Source: Octopus sinensis (lineage: Eukaryota). From it: a stretch of 64,000 bases of DNA. This document shows, piece after piece, positions 1 through 12,047 of this stretch. The DNA is taken from positions 114,266,001-114,330,000 of the forward strand of contig NC_043001.1 in NCBI RefSeq assembly GCF_006345805.1, in the 5' to 3' direction. The notes below the pieces were generated by a model. It worked only from the letters and a program-made list of their open reading frames with translations. It was not told where the DNA came from and did no database searches. Position numbers and translations under genes: made by a program. Position 1 is the stretch's first letter; each line of letters opens with the position of its first letter.

Positions 1-169
1 TTAATAGGTGTCAAAGAGATAAGGAAGGACATCACAGATCTATACTCGTTAATACGCGAATTAACTAGTGACATAGGAAACCCGCATTAACGTCTCTTGC
101 CAAGAAGTAATCAATCAGATGTCATATCCATCAATAAAGAAGTACAAAAATAAATATGTGTGCCTGTCG

Positions 170-212
170 ATATATGTGTGTGCGCACACATATATATCAG
201 AATGTATGTATG

Positions 213-244
<32 letters not shown>

Positions 245-1034
245 CTATATGTATGTATATATATATACATATACTATATATATACATATATATATATATG
301 TATATATATAATATATATATCATATATATATGTATGTATTTATATATGTATATATATGTATTCATATATAAATGTCTATAAACATATATACATGTATGCA
401 TGTACGGTATGTGTGTGCGTATGCATGCCTGTGAAGTATGTATATGTTTATGTGTATATATATATATGTTTGTATCGTTACGATGATAAGTATGCATATG
501 TTGTGAGTATATGTACGTGTGTTTCTATAAAAAATATATATAAATGCATGTATGTATACACAGACACACACGTACATACACGCTAGCACATACACACACG
601 TATATATATATAATACATATATATATATATATGTATATATATAATATATATATCATATATATATGTATGTATTTATATATGTTATATATGTATTCATATA
701 TAAATGTCTATAAACATATATACATGTATGCATGTACGGTATGTGTGTGCGTATGCATGCCTGTGAAGTATGTATATGTTTATGTGTATATATATATATG
801 TTTGTATCGTTACGATGATAAGTATGCATATGTTGTGAGTATATGTACGTGTGTTTCTATAAAAAATATATATAATGCATGTATGTATACACAGACACAC
901 ACGTACATACACGCTAGCACATACACACACGTATATATATATATATACATATATATATACGTGTGTGTGTGTGCTAGCGTGTATGTACGTGTGTGTCTGT
1001 GTATACATACATGCATTTATATATATTATATATA

Positions 1035-1107
<73 letters not shown>

Positions 1108-1120
1108 TATATATATATAC
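170..1120. repeat. Compound (TA)n/(TG)n/(CA)n microsatellite with a ~332-bp tandem duplication and a terminal hairpin
   Basis: AATGTCTATAAAC occurs at 371 and 703. GCATGTATGTATACACAGACACACACGTACATACACGCTAGCAC occurs twice forward and once reverse-complemented (~955-1016). Confidence 0.9.
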
Positions 1121-1509
1121 GCACATACCTATAGACGTAGCCACAAAAGTAGATAAATAAATATAATTATAATGAAAGAAAACATAACGATGACCGCAGT
1201 GAGAATACGAAAAAAATAAATAAAAACAAAAAAGGGTAGAAAAGACAAACAAAAACATATGAAGAAAACATAAAGAAAAATACAACATTGTAAGTGCAAA
1301 ACACCATAAATAATTTATAGCTCAACCTCAAAAGATGATAATGTCGTAAAGAAAAAAAAACGAATAAGCACCGTAGAAAAGTTAATAAAAACATGAACAT
1401 ATCTTTAATTTTATCTATGGTCAATGAATTAGATATACATTTGTTATATTCCACTTTCTCTTGTTGTTTATCTTGTTCATGTTTATACTGCTGCTTCTTA
1501 TTTCATCTT

Positions 1510-1626
1510 TTCATTATTATTATTACTATTATTATTATTATTATTATTTTCATTATTATTATTATTATTTTCATTATATTATTATTATTATTATTATTAT
1601 TGTTACTATTATTATTATTATTATTA

Positions 1627-1664
<38 letters not shown>

Positions 1665-2122
1665 GTTATATTATTATTATTACTATTATTATTGTTATTA
1701 CTATTATTATTATTATTATTATCATTATTATTATTATTATTATTATTGTTACTATTATTATTATTATTATTATTATTGTTATTATTATTATTATTATGAT
1801 TATTATTATTATTATTATCATCATTCTTATTATTGTAGTTGTTGATGTTGTTGTTATTATTGTTATTATTATCATCATCATCGTTATGACTGTTGATATT
1901 CTTGTTGTTATTATTTAACTTTTAATCTTTGCTAACGCCAGTGAAGTCACATCAAAAGCATTTTTCACGCAATAAAATTTATGAGGAAGGGCAAAAAAAA
2001 AATAATAAGCACTGAATAAAATATCAAAAAAACAATCTAGGCAACCGGCAAATTACTTCGTAAAAACCTATATATTATTATTATTATTGTTGTTCATGCT
2101 GTCGTTGTTGTTATTATTATAA

Positions 2123-2161
<39 letters not shown>

Positions 2162-2170
2162 TTATTGTTA
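1510..2170. repeat. (ATT)n/(GTT)n trinucleotide microsatellite
   Basis: Directly visible; it explains the poly-L/I/Y ORFs in the track. Confidence 0.95.
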
Positions 2171-2266
2171 TTATTCGTTCTTTTTTCACTTACCAACTTA
2201 ACGATGTGTCAATAAATCAATCAATTAATCCAGTCATCCGTCTATCGATCAATCAGTCTTAACAGT

Positions 2267-2384
2267 TTGTCTCTCTCTCTCTCTCTCGCGCTCACTCTCT
2301 CTCTCTCTCTCTCTTCATGTCTGTTTATCTACGATGTAGCTTCATCTCTATCCTTCTCCAAACCCTTTCTACCCTCTCTCTCCC

Positions 2385-2437
<53 letters not shown>

Positions 2438-2560
2438 TTCTGGCCCTCTCTCTATACACACACACACATATATCAACACATTTACGCACATATATCAGTA
2501 CATATCTGTGTGTCTGTATACATACATATATATGTATTCATGTATACATGTACGTGTGTT
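2267..2560. repeat. (CT)n, (TATC)n and (CA/TG)n microsatellites
   Basis: Directly visible. Confidence 0.9.
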
Positions 2561-3407
2561 TGTGTGTGTGTGTATGGATGGTATTTATGAATATATGTGC
2601 ATATGTATAACCTCTGTTTATATCTATTCTACATTCTCAATTTACGTAAATATTCCTCTACATATGTGTATATACGCCCAAGTTTTTGCATTATTTAACG
2701 ATCATATATATCTATTAATTGTATATATACACACACACTCATATATATATACACCGAGTCAGAAAAAGTGAAAGAGAGACATACACAACCCTCTACCTCC
2801 CAAAGTCTCAAAAATCGTTTAATATATGTAGATATATATCTTCATATAATTTCATGTGATTAGACCGCCCATCTACCAATCAGCAGTTTTAACATAGTAC
2901 CTATACAGACACACACACACACCCATGCACACGTGCACACAAACATCTATACACACGCAGGCACACACCTCCATACACACGCACGCATACACACACAGTC
3001 CCATACACACACACGTACGCAAACAGAAATAGTGACCGTCTCTCTATGTATGTGTTTATAGTAATGCGTTCATAACCCTTGTCTTTAGATTTTGCTGTTA
3101 ATAACGAATTATCGAGCAATTTTGAGTGAAATATTTCACAAGAAAAAGAACGTTGATTCAATGTCACGACATTTTACACTAATCTTCAGTCTACAAACTT
3201 AAATTTTAATACAGAGTATCTAACAAATCCTACCAATACTCTTTTTATTTCGTGTTATTGGAAAAATTTCCTTTGCAGTATTTTTCTCGCATGCTAAGTT
3301 GAAGACTTCGAGCAATTTTGAGAATGTAAGGTGGAACAATCAAGGCAAGTATATTTATGGAGATTTTAACTGTTGTAGCTGATCTATTTTGATTGGTGAC
3401 TCACAAT

Positions 3408-3540
<133 letters not shown>

Positions 3541-3715
3541 AGGGAGAGTTTACGAAAGAAAAACAACAAAAGACGAAGACAGGTGGTGTACAAAACAAAC
3601 AGATGTATTAGTATGACGCTTAGGAATAGAAAAAGTCTTTTATGTTTCGAGCATACGCTCTTCTGCAGAAAGGGACACAGAAAAAACAAGGACAGAAACA
3701 AGTAGAGAAAAGAAT
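3541..3715 (-). mobile_element. Short interspersed repeat (Penelope pLTR-like) with a degenerate minimal hammerhead motif
   Basis: Minus strand 3673-3636 reads CTTT-CTGCAGA-AGAGC-GTAT-GCTC-GAAA-CA-TA-AAAG. A related copy (AAACAAAAGACGAAGACAGGTG...) lies at ~57235. Confidence 0.55.
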
Positions 3716-4130
3716 GTGTGTAGTTGCTAACGATCTATCATGGCGTATATATATATATAATATTAATGATTCCACTTAATCTTTATTTATATAACCATTT
3801 GAACATGAAACTGATGTATCTAAACAATACATTTTTTAAAAGTCATAGTAACATAAAAACGTGAGTTAATCATCGAATTTGAGAATTTTATAAAGGAGAT
3901 GATACACAACTACTTTGAAAATACATTGAAAATGTAACCGTAAATGTAAAAAATACGTACGCGTATGTAAATAGCATGACAGAGAGCTCTAAATAGGTTT
4001 AGGGTAATTTCAAGCAACGAGCTGATGTTGAACCTGCTCCTATCTGTTTATCTATACTAAATTATTTTATGTAAGAAATGTAATTTCAGACAAGTCGCTA
4101 TAATATACTACATGGTTATAAAAGTGTTTT

Positions 4131-4365
4131 AAGGCGGCGAGCTAGCAGAAGCGTTAGCACGCCGGGCGAAATGCTTTGCGGTACTTCGTCTGGCGTTACG
4201 TTGTGAGTTCAAATTCTGCCGAGGTCGACTTTGCCTTTCATCCTTTCGGGGTCGATAAATTAAGTACCAGTTACGCACTGGGGTCGATGTAATCGACATA
4301 ATACCTATGTCTGGCCTTGTTTGTCCCCTCTATGTTTAGCCCCTTGTGGGTAATAAAGAAATAGG
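4131..4365 (+). mobile_element. tRNA-derived SINE, family A (well-preserved copy)
   Basis: Starts AAGGCGGCGAGCTAGCAGAAGCGTTAGCACGCCGGG; B-box-like GAGTTCAAATTC; conserved central block GTCGACTTTGCCTTTCATCCTTTCGGGGTCGATAAATTAAGTACCAG; about 10 further copies in the window. Confidence 0.9.
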
Positions 4366-4576
4366 TTATAAAAATGTTCAGAATCAACTTGAAGGTATAG
4401 GTAATGTGACTGCTAAATGAAATTGAATTGTTCTCTGTCATTTTTATTTTTGAAAATGGCATTTCGTTTGTTCTGTAATTTCAACTTGACAAGCGTTAAA
4501 TTCAATTTGAATTGACTGATAACTTTTGACACACACATGACTTTTATGCAAATTTTAAACTGAATCAGTGTGTTAA

Positions 4577-4735
4577 TTATTTACATGATTTACAATTGAC
4601 GGATATTTGTCCCCATCTTGTCTGTTTTTAACACAACATTTCGGCTGATATACCCTCCAGCTTTCATCAGGTGTCTTGGGGAAATTTCGAACCTGGGTAC
4701 TTTTCGATGATGTTATTATTATTATTATGATTATG

Positions 4736-4776
<41 letters not shown>
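4577..4776 (-). mobile_element. Inverted, headless copy of the family E element (hammerhead tail plus (AAT)n)
   Basis: 4577-4708 is the reverse complement of ~4949-5092, with a ~14-bp deletion. The (TTA)n tract at 4713-4776 is the inverted internal microsatellite. Confidence 0.9.
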
Positions 4777-4840
4777 GTCGTAGTAGTTAAGAGCGCGGGC
4801 TACTAACCCCAAGATTCCGAGTTCGATTCCAAGCAGTGAA

Positions 4841-4918
<78 letters not shown>

Positions 4919-5125
4919 AAGAAGAAGAAGAAGAAGAAGAAGAAGAAGATCGAAAAATACCTTAGGAATCAGAACCCAGGTTCGAAATTTCCTCAAGACA
5001 CCTGATGAAGGCTGGAGAATGTATCAGCCGAAACGTTGTGTTAACAACAAACAAGATGAGGACAAATATCCGTCAATTGTAAATAATGTACATAACTTCT
5101 CATCTCTTAAATATAGAACTGTATC
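4777..5125 (+). mobile_element. Family E: tRNA-like head + (AAT)n(GAA)n + Penelope pLTR-like tail with hammerhead
   Basis: A-box-like GTCGTAGTAGTTAAGAGCG, B-box GAGTTCGATTCC (4819-4830), microsatellite 4844-4948, then a tail containing CTGATGA...GAAAC. Confidence 0.75.
4997..5042 (+). ncRNA. Minimal type-I hammerhead ribozyme motif
   Basis: Stem I GACAC/GTGTT; core CTGATGA (5002-5008); stem II GGCTG/CAGCC; GAAA (5030-5033); palindromic stem III ACGT; cleavage site UU. Matches the minimal hammerhead architecture described for Penelope-like elements. Confidence 0.65.
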
Positions 5126-5444
5126 AATGTGTTAAGTTATATAACTAGGTTGGGACTTTGAATTAAGTGTCTAGTCCATCCGATGTTCTTCCAAACGTTT
5201 CCAGTCTATCTTATTTTAACCAAAACGCTCGAAAGGTTAGATTATGAAAAAAAAAATAAAGAAAAAAAGCAGTTGGAGGGTTAGCAAGTTTGTTAGGGGC
5301 CCTGCTTGAAACTCCGATCTATTAATTCTTACTTGTGCATGCAAGGGAAGGTTTTTCTCTCTACTATTTAAATATATTATATACACATAAGCATCATGCA
5401 TTTTGCTCATGTTTGAGTATCTTCACATATTGATCAGTGGCTGG

Positions 5445-5600
5445 AAAAAGAATAAGTGCAGGAGGCCAACATTACGGATATAAATTGCATAACTAAGACT
5501 TACATTGGAATGACAAGAAACACCTCCAAAGGAAGATATACGCAGCTTTGGATTCGTTCAAAGACAAAAGCAAAAGATACAAAATATCCTGATCCAATAT
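5445..5600 (+). pseudogene. Penelope-like GIY-YIG endonuclease fragment (frameshifted)
   Basis: Translates VQEANITDINCITKTYIGMTRNTSKGRY, then after a frameshift SFKDKSKRY. Fits the Penelope pattern K-x-YIG-x-T-x-x-x-F-K-x-R-Y...SF. Confidence 0.6.
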
Positions 5601-6249
5601 CATACGAACCCTTGATAAATCACGTACAGTCTCGAGTAATTTTGTGTATTCTCATCCAAAATGGAACGAGTAACAACGTCTGCACATGGTACTCTTGAAC
5701 AATTGCAAATTTACATGGAACTATTGGTAGTTTAATTAACTCGTAAATAAAGAATATTTATCCAATTCAGTGTTGATCACTCTTTCTCACAGTTCGATAT
5801 TCACTGCGCGCGTGTGTGTGTGTGTGAGAGAGAGAGTGCGTGTGTGTGAGAGTGTGTGTGTGTATGCATGTGTGTATGCGTGCAAGTATGTATACAGTAA
5901 GAGAGAAAGAGAGAGGGAGAGAAAAAGAAAAAGTGAAGCAGAGAAAGAGAAAAAAAAGTAATAGACAGAGAAAGAGAGAGAGAGAGTGTGTGTCTGTGAG
6001 GTACAGAGAGAGATAGAGGAGAGAGAGAGAGAGAGAGAGTGTGTGGGGAGAGAAATAATTTGATACATGTATAAGAAGGTATCTTAGCAACCGCTTTATT
6101 TTGAGGTCGATCTCATTACGGGGTATTTTGCGCAAACGGCTTCTAAAATAGTCATGGGTTGGCAAATGTCTCGTAAATTAAATCTATCAGTCAGACACTG
6201 TAGCATCGTATAAATTTACACACACACACACACAGACACACACACACAT

Positions 6250-7180
6250 TTTCGAACATGTGTGAATACATGGTGGAAATCAGCTCGTGACTGATACTTT
6301 TCACACACTGTGCTACATTTGATGCACGGGAGCTCGTACTCGGCATCACATTGGTAAACGGGGTTGCTCCTGCGATCACGCTGGGAGCCACTTTATGCCT
6401 GCCTTTTGAAAGCAGACACGATCATACTGGTCATACGAGACAAAACTTTTTGTGCCCTTTTTGGGAAATCTCTCACAGCCTCCATAAATTTACTAGCACT
6501 TGGGAACCCTGTTGTTCTCGAATTCTCTAACACCAGTAGCAATCAGATTTTCGCGGATACAAAATTTTCCCGGATGTTATAACCAATATTTAATCTTTTT
6601 AAGTGTGCTTTTAATATTGTCTTTGAAATGTTTGTATAGTTTGCACTGGGAACAAATTCTCTGTTTCAGCTCCCCCTACAACCGCTGGTTTGACATGCTG
6701 ATGTCCTTGAAGCGGATATGAACTCGGTAATAACGATTACCCTCCTTTAAGTTATATGAGATCGCCGAGAGATCTTCAGGATATTATGGAAACATCGCTG
6801 ATGGAATAGTTCGCGACATTGGATATACCTGCTGTAGGCAATCTTACGACCACACGGCTGGGCAGCTAAGGCTCATGTTCGATTGATCTGAAACGTCTGT
6901 ATTGATTTTATGCCTTATTGCGGCTAAAGCTTCGATTCAAGCTTTCCAATGTAACAGAAATTCGCATAAATTCTTTCATTTGCTAATGTTGACCATGACT
7001 CTTGCTGTGCCATCAATGCTTGCTTGTTGTAACAGGCGAATCGTACAAACCAGTGCTTAGATATCACTTGAAGATGTTTGATACTCCTCTGCGTTTGGGT
7101 TTCGTATTATTCGTTGTAGATCTACTTAATAACCAAGGGGTAATCCGTTCATATTCTGTCAAAATCAATCTCGAGGTGTG
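6250..7180 (-). mobile_element. Old degenerate RTE-clade LINE, C-terminal region
   Basis: Broken frames give FHQRCFHNILKI, GELKQRICSQCKLYKHFKDNIKSTLKK, TGVREFENNR and a terminal Cys/His remnant, in RTE order. Confidence 0.65.
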
Positions 7181-8811
7181 CATAATATTAGTTCTCTAAC
7201 TGTAAGCACGTGTGGAGGTTATTTATAATTTGGAATAATACACGGCCTGACAAATTATAACACGAACAAAAGTAAATGAGTGAATGAGAGATGAACTAAC
7301 CAAGCAGTTAATGAATTCACCACAAATGTATTCATTATACTATTACAGAATATTCCCTCGAGTTAATTAAAATATACATTGCCCATTAAAGTAATATATA
7401 TATAGTATCTATACAAACTTGATGGCTGAACTTGATACTTCATGTTTTTCCTTGCATCAACGTTTAATGGTAGTTTGTGGAAAGAGACGGTGGCCGAACC
7501 AGCGATTGACTTTCTAAATATAGCAGTACATTCTCCTCCCCTCAGTCGTATGCTACTGTTTTACTAACATCACATATACAAAGTAGGAGTGTACATTCAA
7601 TTTAGTTGGCATGGTAATAGCTGATGCAGAGAGAAAAGAATACAAAACACAAAAGCATGTCACATTACGTGACATGGTCGATCTTTTGTCTGAGTATTTC
7701 ACCCTTATTATAGAAATATTCCCATATACCTTACCATGATACAAAATACAGAAGGTATATATTTACATGTAAATTGCTTGACTTCAGTGCAATGTGCGAA
7801 GACTGTTGATGAAGAGTTTATCACCAAGTCAACACACAAATCATCAAGGGGAAACTTCGTGATGTCTTTCGATATGCAAAAATAACAGTCAAAGAAACAT
7901 CCGAGCAGCCGAGAAGGGGAAAACAGTTTTTACTTTATCACAGTTAATTTAAGATACTTCTATTTACCACAAGTTAATTTGGATTTTCGAAAGTATAACA
8001 AGATATCCGTCGGAGCCTACTCCGTTATCCATAATTTGAATAATAGTTAACATATCGCAGTGAAAAAAAACCGACCGATATCCAACATATTAAGAATTGA
8101 TTATATTAAAGTGAGCACTAGTTTCGAGCTGACTTCCCGAGAGAGTATGTGGAGTTTCAAATGTCTCTTTCTTTTTCTCAGTATATTCAGGAGGAATAAC
8201 GACAGTTGAGTATTTCAACAAAAACAATGTACTAATTAGCGATGAAAAAAATCAATAATTAAGCGACAGTATGTAGCTGATTTTGTGATAATGTCACTAA
8301 TAGTTTTGTGTCAATAACTAAATTAGTGGAACCGAACTCCTCCAATAAGATTCTTTATTAAATCGCGTGAGTGGAACAGCGATAGAAGCATTGACTTGGG
8401 AGATATATACTGAAGAAATATCATATTTCGTGTTTCATCAGTGTGATATTTCATGTGGCCGTGTGATATTTCATTAGGAATGTTCAGGGATATTTGTTTA
8501 ATCTAGCGATGTATGTATATTTTGTAATATATGAAAAATAGATATAGAAGGATATGGTGCTAAGTTTAGATTACATATATGTCCCAGACGTATTTCGGTG
8601 TTGACATTTATGTCGTGTATACACATACAAATGAAAGACAACAACTTCAGTCGAAGGACGACTCAGACATTTATGCACATATACACACATACACAGACGG
8701 ACACATACACCTCCAACCCCATCCCATAATAATAAACCCACCACCGATGCGCACGCACCTATACACATACACACTATATAAAAGACTACTAAATGAATGT
8801 TTATTTCATCA

Positions 8812-8990
8812 GGAGTAGTTGGCATTTTTGCCGAGTAAAATTTACGCTATTTTGATACTGGGTGTTAAGTTCTGAGTTCGAATCTGACTGAAGATGAATT
8901 TGCCTTTCATACTTCTGGGATGCGTCTCGATAAAATAAGATACTAGTCAAATGCATGAGTTGTTCCAGTCTACACAGCTCTAATGAGTTC
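8812..8990 (+). mobile_element. SINE family A, diverged
   Basis: GTTCTGAGTTCGAATC...TTTGCCTTTCAT...CGATAAAATAAGATACTAG matches the family A core. Confidence 0.7.
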
Positions 8991-9500
8991 CAGTCTTGTG
9001 ACAGTGCAGTCCCACTGGATCTCTAATGCGAGGAAGGAAGAAATAAGTTCGCCTGCCCTCTCAGCTACATAGGCACCTAAGATCATTTGTGAAAGCATGG
9101 TACATGTTACCAGATCATACTCATTTGTGAATGAGGGTTACTTATTTTGGTGGGTAGGTGGGTATGGTCGTTTATTTTATTTTACTTTAAGATTAGCTTT
9201 AAATGATATATATATATATATGATGGTAGTCGCAAAATCTTAGGATAGGGAACATGCCACCAGCAAAAAGGTTTTTTTATGGGGTTTCCGTTTTCGGTCA
9301 TGTTAGCTGTGAGATCATGTTCAGGATTTGCTGTATTACGTCGTGAAATCATATATGAGGAATTCTGTTTTGCAAAAAGTGTCTGTGATACCATGTAGAA
9401 AGACTTCACTGAAAAGCATCTGGAATTCAAATATATTTCCTTATTGGTTTGGAATGCTCCTGCTCCATACGTCGTCAAAGTAATCGCTCTCCTAAACAAA

Positions 9501-9705
9501 GTGGCCAGCAGGCAGAATCATTAGCGTGCCGGGCAAAATGATTAGCAGCCTTTCTGCTGGCTTTATGCTCTGATTTCAAATTTCACTGAGTCAGCTTTGC
9601 TTTTAGAGATCGAAAAAAATAAGTACCAGTCGAGCACTGGAGACGATGTAATTGACTACCCGCCTCCAAATTTCAGGCCTTGCGCCAATAGTAGAAATAA
9701 TTTTC
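9501..9705 (+). mobile_element. SINE family A, diverged
   Basis: GGCAGAATCATTAGCGTGCCGGGCAAAATG ... AAGTACCAGTCGAGCACTGG ... TTTCAGGCCTTG. Confidence 0.8.
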
Positions 9706-10029
9706 ATTACTTTTGTTACTTTATTGTATGCTATGCAAACAATAGGCAAAAGTACGGCCGAGTAGCTAGGATGCACACTTTGCAAGCATAATATCCCTGC
9801 TTCGGGCAACACAGAACATTGATTTTGTACTTGGCAAGTACATTATTTTTTATAGATCCGAATGTATTGAAAAGCAAAGATTAGTTCGGCAAGATTTGAG
9901 CTAAAAATCTTTGGAACTGGAAGAAATACCGCAATACAAATTACCGACATTGATGTATTTTAATCTGCTGGAAAGAAAATATGGCTTGAAATCTAGGTAC
10001 AAGTCCAGCAGAAGTAAGAATAGGAGCTT

Positions 10030-10190
10030 AGTCGATTAAATAGACACCGTACTCTAGAAGTACTTAATTTTATCGACTGGGATAAAGGAACAAAGCACAC
10101 TTCACCTCGGTAGTATTTGAACTTAGAATGTAACGGTCGGTGTAAAGTACAGCAGGGCATTTTTGATGGCACTTTAACCATTCTGCCCAT
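10030..10190 (-). mobile_element. SINE family A, diverged (a more degraded copy lies at ~9815-9960)
   Basis: GTACTTAATTTTATCGAC and TTTGAACTTAGAATGTAACG are reverse complements of the family core and head. Confidence 0.7.
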
Positions 10191-11179
10191 TCAAAGAGAA
10201 TGAATCACAATAATAATTAATGTGAAACATAAATTGAATAAAATGCGGCTTTCTTCAATTTCTCATTACAGACACGACATTCCATTCCATCAAATAATTA
10301 TGAAAGTAAAGAAAAAATTATATAATAAAATATTAAATTAATTTTAAACTGTAAATAGCTTGATGGAAAATCACATAGCAGTAGAATGATCCGATCGAAT
10401 TTCTAGTCAGATTTTAGTGGCAATCAATATATATCGAAATTACACGTAGTAATATTATGATGTAAAATAACCAACGTTGTTAATTGTTAATTGATTTTAC
10501 TTCAGTTCGGTTTTAAGTGAAGATTATATTTCAATTAAAATTCGGTTCCATTTTAACGTCCTCACACAAAATGAGCCGAGTATATATGTGCATATGTATA
10601 TATAGATATATATATACGTATATGCCTGTGTGTTTTTGTATACTATATATGTGCAGAAACATATATATGCACATATATGTGTGTGCGTATGAGTGTGTAT
10701 GCCTATATGCATACATGTACATATATGCATATTTGTATATATCGGCATACCTTTGTTTATATGTATATGTATACGTATGTATATATATTTATGTATATGA
10801 ACATATATTTATGTATACACAGCGTTAAACATAAATGTATATGTGTGTGTATGTGTATGTATGTGTATTCACGTATGTATGCACGTATGTATGTATTATG
10901 TATGCATGGACAGACAGACAAGCGTGCGCATATTCCGTCCAAAGTAATGCACAAGTGAGCATTAAGTTTTATTAGCTGACATTGATCACGGAAGTTGTAG
11001 AAGTTGATAGACTAGCACTTCTATGCAAATGTAGAACTGAAGCAATGCATCTATTTCATCGTTTAACCTAACTTTCGAATCCTATTTGGAAAAGGGCGCA
11101 CGTGCTACCATTGTACGCACTCTTCACTGCGAATATCATCTCGTCTTTGTGATTAGATTATTGTTCTCGAAAACTATAT

Positions 11180-11740
11180 TCCATTAGACAGGAGAGGCGG
11201 AGTCGGAGGGCACCAGATCCTGACTGTACTGTAGATGTTAGACCACCTCTCACCCTAGGTTATTGTTGCATGATTTATTGTCATAGATGTTTGTGGTCAC
11301 ACATTATTATTGTGAATGTGGATTGTTTTCATAGTCTTCTACTGTCCCTGATTCTTTATGGTTTCTTTCAGCTTTTTCAGTGTTAAAATGTACCTTTCGT
11401 TGGTCACCTTTCCACGTTCCAGAATATCTGAGAATGACGACCTAGTCATGTTAAAGAATTGTCACTATAAATGTTTGAACTGATTATTGGTTCTTAACCA
11501 TCTAGGTCATGGAGAAAAGGTGTGATGCCTTTCACTGGGCTGAGTATCCGTTTTGGAACCTTGAATATACAGCTATTTTTCACCCTTTGCAATTAGGAAA
11601 AATGCAGTCTCTTTAACTTCAATCTCATCCAGGAGATCAATGGATGTTTACATTCTTCTCCCTTTCAAACTGGATTTCCAATGGTGAGGTAACCCACTAC
11701 CCAATTCCTAATGTCAAACCCCATGTTTTGTCGCACATTG
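11180..11740 (-). mobile_element. Old mariner transposase remnant, interrupted by SINE B
   Basis: Minus frames VILDILERGKVTNERYILTLKKLK and EVV*HLQYSQDLVPSD (mariner motif HPPYSPDLAPSD). Confidence 0.75.
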
Positions 11741-11744
11741 CAAC

Positions 11745-12047
11745 CCTAGTGGTTAGGGCAGCGGACTCGCGGTCGTAGGATCGCGGTTTCGATTCCCAGA
11801 CCGGACGTTGTGAGTGTTTATTGAGCAAAAACACCTAAAAGCTCCACGAGGCTCCGGCAGGGGATGGTGGTGATCCCTGCTGTACTCTTTTCACCACAAC
11901 TTTCTCTCACTCTTACTTCCTGTTTCTGTTGTACCTGTATTTCAAAGGGCCGGCCTTGTCACTCTCTGTGTCACGCTGAATATCACCGAGAACTACGTTA
12001 AGGGTGCACGTGTCTGTGGAGTGCTCAGCCACTTACACGTTAATTTC
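11745..12047 (+). mobile_element. tRNA-derived SINE family B, 3'-truncated
   Basis: Near-identical to 36291-36590; head AGTGGTTAGGGCAGCGGACTCGCGGTCGTAGGATCGCGGTTTCGATTCCC. Confidence 0.92.

Noticed and set aside
111-1156. Multiple YI/HT-rich ORFs, and similar ORFs throughout the window
   Set aside because: They are translations of (TA)n and (CA)n microsatellites, open in several frames on both strands.
7656-7676. CATGTCAC-ATTAC-GTGACATG hairpin
   Set aside because: An 8-bp stem is expected by chance in 64 kb and is too short for a pre-miRNA.
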